The translations under genes and the position numbers were made by a program. From Oikopleura dioica (lineage: Eukaryota; Animalia; Chordata): DNA of 64,000 nt. Location: positions 12,090,001-12,154,000 of the forward strand of contig OU015566.1 in NCBI GenBank assembly GCA_907165135.1, given 5' to 3'. Positions 47,680-57,247 of the stretch are shown here, piece by piece (positions within the stretch are counted from its first letter, which is position 1; each line of letters begins with the position of its first letter). The notes under the pieces are model-generated. The model was not told where the DNA came from. It was given only the letters and a program-made list of their open reading frames with translations, and searched no databases.

Positions 47680-49902
47680 TTATTTTCGGGGTCGTAATCT
47701 TTTTGACCAATTTGCAGGATCATTTTTGAGGGGCGCAACAGGATCATTATTTTCATTTTTCGGATCCTCTTTAGTTTCTGCATTCTTTTTTGACGCAGTT
47801 GAGCGGGAAATTTTTATTTGGGTGTCTTCCTTGATTTCTTTTGAGACACAATTGAGTTTTTTATCGCGAATGGATGATTGATCGTTTTCGTCATTGATCG
47901 AGACGAATTTTGTTGAGTCGCCGATCTTATTTTTTAGAGGTCGGATCAGGCTTATGTGTCGGCGATACTCGCGTTGTGTGAGTGAACATTTTAGAATGTA
48001 AGAATCTTTTGAGATTCTTTTATGAACATAAAATGGGCCGCTCCAGTTTGTACCTAATTTTCCGTCAAAAAGATTTGGTTTCCAGACTAGCACTTGGGTA
48101 CCAAGTTCAAGAACTGGGCAATTATTTTTATCTTTTCGGAGGAGTTTTTGGTACCTGTGTACCTGGAACGCTTGGATCGCAGGGTGCAGTTGTTTAATAT
48201 AACCATTGAGAGCTTTGATAAATGGTTCTTTGGCACCATCATTTGATGTTCCAATTTTGTAAGGAACATGAAAAGGCCTACCGTAGAGAGCTTCATTACT
48301 TGAGAGCCCGTCTAGTGTTGCTTTTGGTAGGTTATTGAGATAGTATTTAGCTTGCTCCCATTTTTGTGACCAATTGCGATCATTTGCATTCAATTGTTTG
48401 AGTTGAATGTGAATCTCGCGATGGATTCTTTCAACTTTCCCATTTGAACAGGATCGGTATGCAGTTGTTGTAACGTGGCGGATTTGGAATCGCTCGAAAA
48501 TTTGCTTGCAAAGCGGTCCAAATTCACGCCCGTTGTCAGTAACAACAACCTCGGTGATCCCGTGTCTGAGAACAAGAGTGAGGGTCGCTTGCGCGACAGT
48601 TTTGTCACTTTTTGTTCCCAATGGTAAACCGTCTAGAAACCCGGTAAGCGAGTCGCAACAAGTCAGCAGATACCTTTTGTTTGATGAGTCAACTCTTCCA
48701 TAGTCGACAAGGTCGAGAAAAGTTTTCTCAAAAGGAACTGACTCGAAGTTGCGTCGCTCGATCATTGATGGTTTGAGCTTTTTGATCGGTTTAAATTGAA
48801 TGCAAGTGGGGCAAGAGCTCGTTACGGCTCTAAGTTTCATTTGGATATTACTTATGAAAAATTTTTGGCACATTTGGTTTAATTGCTGCGCACCAGCATG
48901 TCCCGTTATACAGTGCAGGTACTGTATGAATTCATTTGCAAGTTGGTCTGGGATAACAAGTTTATTTTTGGAGAACAAGATTCCGTCTTTGAGCGAGAAT
49001 CTTGATTTTTTGTATTTGTCCACTTTAATGCGCTTATTTTTGGTGAGGTTGCACTCTTTTTGCAACTCCCTCATTTTTGTTTTTGTTATTTTCTCGGAAC
49101 CGAAAGAGAAAATAACCTCATTTTCATCATTTTTGATGAGATGGAACATACAGACGCGTTCTGGAAGGAGCTCAAAGTTCACCGAATCGTCCTCTAAGTC
49201 GGAGCTTTTTGATCTTGGAAGGCGAGAAAAGTAATCCGCACTTGCCATGATCGGGCTGTTTCCCGGCTTGTGGATGATTGTAAAATCAAACTGCTGGAGA
49301 TAGCAGTGGATGTTGGTGAGTTTGATATCCAAGTTGGACTGTTGTTGTTCCTTGAAAAGAAAGAGCAGGCTTTTGTGGTCTACAACACAATCGAACTCTG
49401 TATTGAGGAGGTAAAACTCGAAATATTTGATTCCCCAAGTTAACGCAAAGAGTTCCTTTACCCGCATGCTTCTTTTCAGATCAGGACCCGTGAGAGCTTT
49501 TGAAAAATAACCAATAACAACTAGTTTTTCATTTTGATATTGGTAGAGGGTCCCGCCAACACTTCGCCCTGAGCTGTCGGTCACGAGAAGAAGCTTCGCG
49601 CCGAGTTTAAAATGGCCAAGTGTTGGTTTTTCTTTGAGCTTTTGATTCATGTTTTCGAAAGCCTGCTGGTGTTTACTCGTCCAGTTGAATTCTTTTTTTA
49701 GGCTTGTAAGCTCATACAAAGGCGCAAGAATTATGGATGCGTCTTTGACATATTTTGCATTGAAAGTGACCATTCCCAAGTAGCGTTTAAGTTCTTTTCT
49801 AGACGTTGGTACAGCAATTTTCTGTATTGCTGCAATGTGCTTATCTGATGGTTGGATTCCCTGTCTCGAAATTCTGTGCCCAAGGAAATCTGTTTCACGC
49901 AT
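47680..49902 (-). CDS. pol: Pol, 3' part: RT thumb/connection, RNase H, integrase
   Basis: DFLGHRIS, VTDSSGRSVGG, ELFALTWGIKYF, VDHKSL (RNase H); HCITGH...CPTC (HHCC); FLDLVD...TDNGREF...NGKVERIHREI (DDE); WSGPF. No chromodomain seen. Confidence 0.95.
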   Translation of the reverse strand: MRETDFLGHRISRQGIQPSDKHIAAIQKIAVPTSRKELKRYLGMVTFNAKYVKDASIILAPLYELTSLKKEFNWTSKHQQAFENMNQKLKEKPTLGHFKLGAKLLLVTDSSGRSVGGTLYQYQNEKLVVIGYFSKALTGPDLKRSMRVKELFALTWGIKYFEFYLLNTEFDCVVDHKSLLFLFKEQQQSNLDIKLTNIHCYLQQFDFTIIHKPGNSPIMASADYFSRLPRSKSSDLEDDSVNFELLPERVCMFHLIKNDENEVIFSFGSEKITKTKMRELQKECNLTKNKRIKVDKYKKSRFSLKDGILFSKNKLVIPDQLANEFIQYLHCITGHAGAQQLNQMCQKFFISNIQMKLRAVTSSCPTCIQFKPIKKLKPSMIERRNFESVPFEKTFLDLVDYGRVDSSNKRYLLTCCDSLTGFLDGLPLGTKSDKTVAQATLTLVLRHGITEVVVTDNGREFGPLCKQIFERFQIRHVTTTAYRSCSNGKVERIHREIHIQLKQLNANDRNWSQKWEQAKYYLNNLPKATLDGLSSNEALYGRPFHVPYKIGTSNDGAKEPFIKALNGYIKQLHPAIQAFQVHRYQKLLRKDKNNCPVLELGTQVLVWKPNLFDGKLGTNWSGPFYVHKRISKDSYILKCSLTQREYRRHISLIRPLKNKIGDSTKFVSINDENDQSSIRDKKLNCVSKEIKEDTQIKISRSTASKKNAETKEDPKNENNDPVAPLKNDPANWSKRLRPRK

Positions 49903-51196
49903 GCATAAATTGCATTTTTTTTGCGCTTAGTAGAAGTCCGTGATTTCGGCACTGTTTGAAAATAAATTCGAGTGTTTTGAGGTGATTTTCGAAAGAATTG
50001 TCAATAACAATCAAATCATCCAAATAAATGATGATCGAGGGATGGTTCATGAGTTTTGACATAATTCTTGAAAACGCACTCGGAGCTGTTGCTGTTCCAT
50101 AAAGCATTCTGTTTGCTTGGTAGTGCTTGTTACCAAAGCTGAAGGCAAGTTTATGCGAGTCAGATGAAGCGCACTGTACTTGCCAGTAGCCACGGTGGTA
50201 ATCAAGACTACTTATGTAACATGCATCTCCTTTTGTGAGTTTTTCACCTATTCTAGTCATTACTGATAGCATGTGGGGAAGTGGGAAACGATCTAGCTTA
50301 AGAAGCTTGTTTAACCCACGAGCATCAAGCGAAATTCGAATTGTTTTATCGGGCTTTTTGAGAATAATGAGGGGGATGTTAAAATCAGACTGGGTCTCCT
50401 CTATGATTCCAAGATTTTTCCAGTTGTTGATTTCGGTTTCAACTTGGTCACGCAAGTGAACTGGGATCGGTCTCGGAGGTTGGTGGCTTGACAGAGATTC
50501 GTCATGCGTTGGAAGCGCGAATCTGAATCCATGTAACTTGCCAAGGTCATCTGGTGACATAGAAAACGCAAGTTTATATTTTTCGGTTAGACCCTTGAGT
50601 GAAAGTTTTTCATTTCGAGAAGCATCCCCGTAATTCCCAATTTCAGGTATGAAATTCGCCCTTTTCGCTTGTGCTTCCCGCACTGATTGAAAGTTCTCAA
50701 GCGATTTTGATTCAAGGTCAGAGTTTAGGTCAACCTCGATAATTGCTGAGACTTTCGTTGATTGTTTCGAGAAGATTGATGGGTTAATTGTTTTAACCCG
50801 ATGTTTTTCAAGGGTGATAAAGTTTTCACCATCGCAAAATGAGACGTTTTTAAGGACGTCAAGTCCTAGAATTATTGGACAGGATAGGTTCGAAACAACC
50901 AAAGGTAAGGGGTCTAGGGTAAATTTACCATCATCAGAAGGGACCGTGATTTTGACCGGTGAGCACATTACTCTTGGGCGCACTATTTCATCATTTGCGA
51001 CCAAGAGTTCAACATCAGAACTTCTTGTTTTACGAACAAAAGGGAGGGTGTTTTTAATGCAAGTTCGGGTGCAGCCGCTGTCGATCAAGGCTGGATACTG
51101 AAAGTTTTCGACAATGACGTTGATGAATTTTAGGTCTGAAGAAGCGGATCTATAGTTTGGACAAAAGTTGAAAATGGCATGTTTATGGCCGTCTAG
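49895..51196 (-). CDS. pol: Pol, 5' part: aspartic protease and RT, in frame with gag after one UGA
   Basis: ALIDSGCTRT (protease), ILGLDVL, RISLDARGLN, LDYHRGYWQ, YGTATAPSAF, IYLDDL. The frame is open from 51196, immediately after the gag stop. Confidence 0.93.
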   Translation of the reverse strand, partial: LDGHKHAIFNFCPNYRSASSDLKFINVIVENFQYPALIDSGCTRTCIKNTLPFVRKTRSSDVELLVANDEIVRPRVMCSPVKITVPSDDGKFTLDPLPLVVSNLSCPIILGLDVLKNVSFCDGENFITLEKHRVKTINPSIFSKQSTKVSAIIEVDLNSDLESKSLENFQSVREAQAKRANFIPEIGNYGDASRNEKLSLKGLTEKYKLAFSMSPDDLGKLHGFRFALPTHDESLSSHQPPRPIPVHLRDQVETEINNWKNLGIIEETQSDFNIPLIILKKPDKTIRISLDARGLNKLLKLDRFPLPHMLSVMTRIGEKLTKGDACYISSLDYHRGYWQVQCASSDSHKLAFSFGNKHYQANRMLYGTATAPSAFSRIMSKLMNHPSIIIYLDDLIVIDNSFENHLKTLEFIFKQCRNHGLLLSAKKMQFMHA

Positions 51197-52537
51197 TCAC
51201 TCCTGTTTTTTCACGTAGTCCAAAACATCTGCTGGAACTTTGTCAGAGTGAATATATTTGCAGTTTTCTGCATATTTGCATCTGTTGTACTTTGTGTACG
51301 AAAAACAGTGCCCTTTCAGTTTTTCAATGTCGATTTTCGACCTTTTTGATCGTTTGCTGCCCGATTTGGAGTGTGTGCTTTGGGAAGAGTCAAGTTTTTG
51401 GTAGAGCTTGTTAACGAGTTCGCGGAAACGAGCTTTTTCATCATCTTCAGCTTGGATACTGAAGTTGATCTCCTTTTTTGGAATGGAGGCCTCAATTTCC
51501 GCTGCTCGCTTCGCTATGTTCTCAAGAGTGAGCTGTGACTTTTCTCGCATCAAAAGTTCTTTCATTTTCTGATACTGGCTTTCGCAAAATCTTTCTATAA
51601 TTATAGAACGATCATTTTCATTGAGGTGAGTGAGGTCGTAGCCCTGTTTATAGTATGATGTGATCTTTGAGAGGGCTAGTCCGAAACTGTCACTACCTCT
51701 TTGGTAATCTTTAAATTGCTGTTTAAAGAACTCTTTATCCTTCCCAAGCATACTTGTTAATCGATCTTTAAATCTGCCCCAGTCTTGCATGTCTTCCGAC
51801 TCCAGAGATTGGATTATATGAGATCCTTCGGACTCATTGAGCAACGATGTTAGTGCAACGGTTATAATTTCGCTGCTAGAAAGATTTGAACATCGTGCAT
51901 AGATTTCAAGATTTTTAAGCCAAGCTGGGATCGGGATCGATGCGTCATAACGTGGGGGTTTTACTTTTAGATTTGAAGAACGCGAAATTTTTGGTTCAAA
52001 CTGTTGCTTTGGAATGTGTGTCGATTTCGATTCTTTCTTGAAACGCGGCACATCTTTTGATTCCGGCTTTTCAGTTTTCACCTTTTGTTTTCGTGGCTTC
52101 GGAGCTTCCTGGCCGTCTTGAATGACCGTTTCATCAGCTGAATCAGCTGACGAATCATTTGAAAGCTCTGAGCCTGAAACAGATTCAGTTTCTATTTTGA
52201 GCGATGTGATCAAAGCATCTAGATTTTCTACATTTCGGGACGCCAAAATCTTTTCTGTGTCATTTTTATGACGAGCTTGCGCGAATTTTTGGTTTTGGCA
52301 GTCCTCTTGGTACTGAGGAAAATATCTTACGAATTGGCCATCAGCACTTTTCTCAAAGACATATTTCCTATTTTTGACAAAGAAATCTTTATCCAAAGCT
52401 AGAATATTGTGGCAAATTGATTCTTTATCGCTTATGGGGATTTTTGGTGGGTAAGTTTTTCCCTCGAGGTTATCGTAAATAACTAGTAGTTCCCCTTTGT
52501 TAAGGTCTTGTACGTGCTTGAAATAGAGTTCAGACAT
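51197..52537 (-). CDS. gag: Gag (446 aa) with C-terminal CCCH zinc finger
   Basis: First ORF after the 5' leader. Capsid-like region KPPRYD..IPAWLKNLE...WGRFKDRL; terminal C-x8-C-x5-C-x3-H (CFSYTKYNRCKYAENCKYIH). Confidence 0.88.
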   Translation of the reverse strand: MSELYFKHVQDLNKGELLVIYDNLEGKTYPPKIPISDKESICHNILALDKDFFVKNRKYVFEKSADGQFVRYFPQYQEDCQNQKFAQARHKNDTEKILASRNVENLDALITSLKIETESVSGSELSNDSSADSADETVIQDGQEAPKPRKQKVKTEKPESKDVPRFKKESKSTHIPKQQFEPKISRSSNLKVKPPRYDASIPIPAWLKNLEIYARCSNLSSSEIITVALTSLLNESEGSHIIQSLESEDMQDWGRFKDRLTSMLGKDKEFFKQQFKDYQRGSDSFGLALSKITSYYKQGYDLTHLNENDRSIIIERFCESQYQKMKELLMREKSQLTLENIAKRAAEIEASIPKKEINFSIQAEDDEKARFRELVNKLYQKLDSSQSTHSKSGSKRSKRSKIDIEKLKGHCFSYTKYNRCKYAENCKYIHSDKVPADVLDYVKKQE

Positions 52538-52852
52538 GATTTCAAATAGAATGAGTAGAAATTTGGTAAGAGCTCTTGGTTTGGTGCCTTTTTCTTAAAG
52601 GTCCGATCCTATAAGTCCTAAAAGCTTTCCTGTCGGTGGCGCTTCTTATGGAAGTCACTCCGCTCAGTGGGACTCGCTCTGGACTATTGAAAATATCTAG
52701 GGACCTTTGAACCGGGTACTAACCTTTGTTGGCGTTTTCTTTTTTTCGGAGATCGTAGGCAGCAGCTCTTTTCGTATCGTTGTCGGTAAAGTAGGCTTCG
52801 GGGGTCTTCGAACTTTAAGCGATGGACTCTAGTCTTAAAGTTCCTCGCCGTT

Positions 52853-52864
52853 TTTCAGTCACCA
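52853..52864 (-). promoter_or_regulatory. Candidate primer-binding site
   Basis: Minus strand TGGTGACTGAAA begins 5 nt inside the 5' LTR. The TGG is complementary to a tRNA CCA end. Confidence 0.6.
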
Positions 52865-52869
52865 AAATT

Positions 52870-53284
52870 TGTAGTGCTTTTATAAATGCAATAACAAATG
52901 TTGGAGACTAAGGGCGTTTTGTTGTGGGGGTAGTTAAAACAACTACGGAGCGTTTATTGTACTGACAGAACAGTCAGTAGGAGCAGGATTCGTTTTTCAG
53001 AAATTTGTGGTATTGATGTTGGCGCAGATTGGTACAGACTGGCACAGAGTAAAAAGGGTGCTTCTTTTTATAGCATTTCGTTCCGGGTGGCGGGTTTTCA
53101 TCGGGCCTCACGAGCCGAGGGTGGCGGTGGAATCGGGTGAGTGCGCTTTACGACAGAAGGTGGTGGCGGATTCAGAGGGTGGTAGTGGTTTTGAAATGCG
53201 CGCGCTAATGGCTTTATGGCCATTGCGCGCGGCGGAAATCAACTTTGTTGCAAAAGTCATACTTGCATATATTAATCCACTACA
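52870..53284 (-). repeat. 5' LTR
   Basis: Identical to 44990-45404. TATA at 53072-53065 and AATAAA at 52958-52953 on the minus strand. Confidence 0.97.
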
Positions 53285-55027
53285 GAACGATTTTCCTTTT
53301 GCCGTTACCGTCTCCCTGGCGCAGTATATTACCACTCTAGTCTTGCTAGTCCCTCTTGTCAGGGCGTGGCGGCTACCAACGGTTTCGTTTTCTAAGCACG
53401 TAAGTCGCATCGTTTTCGACCTCAAGATGATCTGATTTTAAGACGCTGAAATGGACGATTCTTCCCTTATCATTCGGGAAGTTTTTCTCCCTCGCAGCGT
53501 CCCACTTCTCCATTTCGAAAGTACCAGTCTCGTTCGCACACACCATCAAAGCGTCGATGCCAATTTTTGTCTTGCTCTTAGGCAGAATCATCTGGAAGGA
53601 AAGACAACCATTGAAGATTTACCTCTCTGTGATCCCCATCATCATTGGAATAGGTACACTAAACACATACTATTCATCGATCTTCAATTAATTCTAATCT
53701 CTAGCTATGGCAACGATATCAGAGCTGAATTTTAATATGATCGGAACAATCGCCGCCTTTGCCTCAACAATCGGCTTCGCCCTGCAAAACTTATACACAA
53801 AAAAGAGCCTGCGCGACCTCAACATCCATCAACACGTTTTGCTTCAACACCTCACTTTCTACGGGTTTTTCATGCTTCTTACTCTTTGGCTATTTACTGA
53901 CATGCCAAAAATCATGGACGGTAGGGCACGAGTTATGATTTTTATGGAATTAATCGTTTTTAGCTGACCACAAAAACTTGAGTGTCCACTCAATTATCAC
54001 TCTTCTATTTATTTCCGGAGTTTGCTCACTGCTTCAAAATCTCACTGCATTTTCTGTAATGGCTCTGGTCTCAACTGTCAGGTACTTATTGCTGATCGAA
54101 GCGCTAGAAATCATTATTTTTCAAGTTATTCTGTGGCAAGTGCAACTAAACGAGTCGTCGTTATTGCTGTCAGCTTGCTGACGCTGAAGAATCCTGTCAA
54201 CGGTAATTTTCAATTAGTTAGTCACCGGATAGAGTATAACGTTCAATTAGCATTCAACGTTGGTGGAATGGTGATGGCCTGCTGCGGCGTTTTTCTGTAC
54301 AATCGCGTGAAAACAAATCTACGAAAGATCCCTATTTTACCGACCTTTTCTTCGCCTTCCACGCGAACCGCCTGATATTCCATTCTCCGCTATTTTACTA
54401 TTCAATAAAGTCTTCAATTTATCTTCTCTTCCTCCAGGAGCCAAAAATTACAAGGAGCTGAACAATCCCTAAATGAATATGAATATTTATTTGTATAAAA
54501 ACTTTCGCATAAAGAGTTCTTACGTTTTTCATACTCTATTTTAGTAAATTCTACTTTTAGTAGTACTTTTAACCTCGTCATATATTTCGCAAATGATTGC
54601 GATGGAACCTACATGGTTACGAACTAATAATTAATTTTTATGTTTAAATAACCCGACGAGTAGGTTTCAATTTGCTCATTCTACCACGCCGATGTCGGCT
54701 ACTTAGTTTATATTCCGCCTTATTTTACAATCAAAGATCTCAAAGTACGGCTCTCGCTAAAATACTCTTTCAAAAATACCCTCTTCGCTTTTTCTGTATC
54801 TGTAGTTTTATACCTTCTAGACCAACATAATTCAACGGGCTGTGAACTGATCAAATGGTGATTTCAACTTTACACAAGCAAAAAAACTTTAAAAAATATA
54901 TTATCTGAATAATTTCTAATTATCATGTTTTGAGTTTTGATTATCTCTAGAATGTTGTTGGGGATGTTTTGGATCCAAGCGTCTGGCGAGGAAATCATGT
55001 CAGATTTACGAAACCAGACGGACAACA

Positions 55028-56042
55028 ATGCAGCACTCCAACTCGGCCAAGATTCTTTTCAAGGAACTTCAACAATTCAATGAAAGCCCGATCGAAGGCT
55101 TCAGGTGACAGCGCAGCAACGATAACTACCTAACACAATTGTCCTAGGATTATACAGGTCGATGAGAGTAACATCTATGACTGGCAAATCGCCGTTTTTG
55201 GACCGCCCGGAACACCGTATGAAGGCGGCTATTTCAAGGCGCACATTCGATTCCCTGGCAATTATCCCTTCAGCCCTCCTACTTTTCGTTTCTTGACAAA
55301 GATCTGGCACCCGAACATCTACGAGAATGGAGAAGGTGAGATCCACTAAAAATTCTCAATATTTCATTTTTAGTGTGCATATCTATTCTTCATCCTCCCG
55401 TCGACGATGTCCAAGGCGGCGAATTACCTGGCGAGCGATGGAACCCCACTCAAAGTGTCCGTACAATTCTGCTATCCATCATCTCGGTCCTCAACGATCC
55501 GAATACATTCTCGCCGGCGAATGTAGACGCTTCCGTTGCTTACCGAAACTGGAAGGAGGGCAAGAACACCAAGTACCCAGATCATGTCCGCGCACAGGTA
55601 TTAACAACTTGATTTATTGACAAGCTAATATTTCTTGGCAGGTGGTCGAGACGCAAAAAGATGCGGAGCGAGACGGAGTAACGATTCCTACTACTTCTGA
55701 CGAGTATTGCGTCACGAGCAACAACAATACTAACGATGACATCATGGACGATGAAGAATTCGACTACGACGATGATTATGATGACGATGACGAGTCCAAT
55801 TGCCCCGCTGACTACTCATTTTCGTCTGGAATTCCAAGGTAAGCAAAAATTACTCCCAAGCTTTTCATCACCAATCAGCTTATTTTATTTATGCCCGAGG
55901 GGAGTGTAACTGCTTCTAGAAATGTCGCTAAATTTTTTTCAGCCAAGTGAGTCTCACTCAAGCCCAAAGCACCGAGATGCTGATGCAGACTGGCTCAACC
56001 ACGGCGATCAACGAAATCCCCGACGAGGAAAACACCAGCTGA
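55028..56042 (+). CDS. UBE2R2: Ubiquitin-conjugating enzyme E2 R (CDC34)
   Basis: [63 protein letters not shown] (acidic loop), acidic tail. The stop is 56042 if the last intron is spliced, or 55842 if retained. Confidence 0.93.
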
Positions 56043-56346
56043 TTCCCACCCTCTACAATTCTTTCATAGCGAACATATATTTTCTATTCTTATTTATTTC
56101 TCTGTATCATTTTTCTTTTCTTCACTATTCTCGATATCAATATACTACCACAACGATTCAAAAAAATGTTCCAAACAATATCTTTTTTAGACACGTAGTT
56201 GTTTCCTTTTTTACCTTAATTTTTCATTCGCTGATTCTTCTTATTTCTGGAAAGGCTCTAGAATAGATAGCATTTGTTGTCAGACTCTATTTGAAGCTGA
56301 AAGCTTCACTGGAAACGAGAGATAAAGTAGAAACTAGTTTTCAATC

Positions 56347-57247
56347 ATGGATATGAGCCATTTACTCAGTATTATGCTGGAGACTGAAATGAGCAACGTT
56401 GACCTCAACGCTGATAAATCCGCCACTGCCGCCGGAGAAGAAGTCAAACACCCACTTCAGAACACGTAATGAATTTTTTAAACACACCTTTTGTAGAAGC
56501 ATCAGGAGCAGGGAATAATTTATGCTTTAGCTGGTCACTTTGGTTTTTCAAAAATGAAAAGGGCAACCAATGGAAGGACAATCTCCGTCTTGTCACTTCA
56601 TTCAGCACTGTTGAAGATTTCTGGGCGATCTATAATCATATCCAGGTTGGCAGTGATCGTCCAGTGATTATTGAATCGAACAAGAGTATTTTAAGCTTTC
56701 CTCAAAACTGCCAACAGGATGCGATTACATGCTTTTCAAACAAGGAATCGAGCCAATGTGGGAAGATGTTCAAAACCGAGAAGGCGGTCGTTGGCTGCTC
56801 ACTACTGTAAGTCACTCTTAGATTTCTCAAATCTGATGGCTTTGATAGGACAAGAAAAAGCGCGCTCAGGACTTAGATCGAATTTGGTTGGAGACTCTTC
56901 TTTGCTTGATCGGCGAAGCATTCGATGATGCCAGTGAGGATGTAAGAGGCAATTGAATTTGAGTTGTCTTTAATTTTCATTAGATCTGCGGAGCTTGCGT
57001 CCAAATTCGTCAGAAAGCCGACAAAGTGGCGATCTGGACCACCAATGCGCACCACAAAGATCGAGTCATGTCGATCGGCCGAAAATTTCAGACGAGAATC
57101 AAGCTCGCCCCAGAATCGCTTTTCTACCAAAAACATACAGACACAGCCAACTCTGCCAGCAAACAGGGCTCGAACAAGTCAAGTAAGCACCTCCTTCACT
57201 TATTATTTTTCTTACCATCAAAACTAGAATACGAATACATCATCTAA
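56347..57247 (+). CDS. EIF4E: Cap-binding translation initiation factor eIF4E (class I-like)
   Basis: HPLQNTWSLWFF, TVEDFWAIYNHI, DYMLFKQGIEPMWED, GGRW, WLETLLCLIGEAFD, DKVAIWT. Confidence 0.95.

Larger units (their letters stand above)
44990..53284 (-). mobile_element. Full-length Ty3/gypsy (Metaviridae) LTR retrotransposon, Tor-like, 8,295 bp
   Basis: Two identical 415-bp LTRs with TGTAGTG...CACTACA termini, 4-bp TSD GAAC (44986-44989 and 53285-53288), gag-PR-RT-RH-IN order on the minus strand, plus two 3' accessory ORFs. Confidence 0.97.
44864..54375 (+). pseudogene. SLC35E1: SLC35E1-like nucleotide-sugar/triose-phosphate transporter; first coding exon split by an LTR insertion (disrupted allele)
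   Basis: VWYASSSASNVINKIVLN (to 44989) resumes after the element as DFPFAVTVSLAQY...[17 protein letters not shown]...FAL QNLYTKK...SYSVASATKR. Removing the element plus one GAAC restores the frame exactly. Confidence 0.85.
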
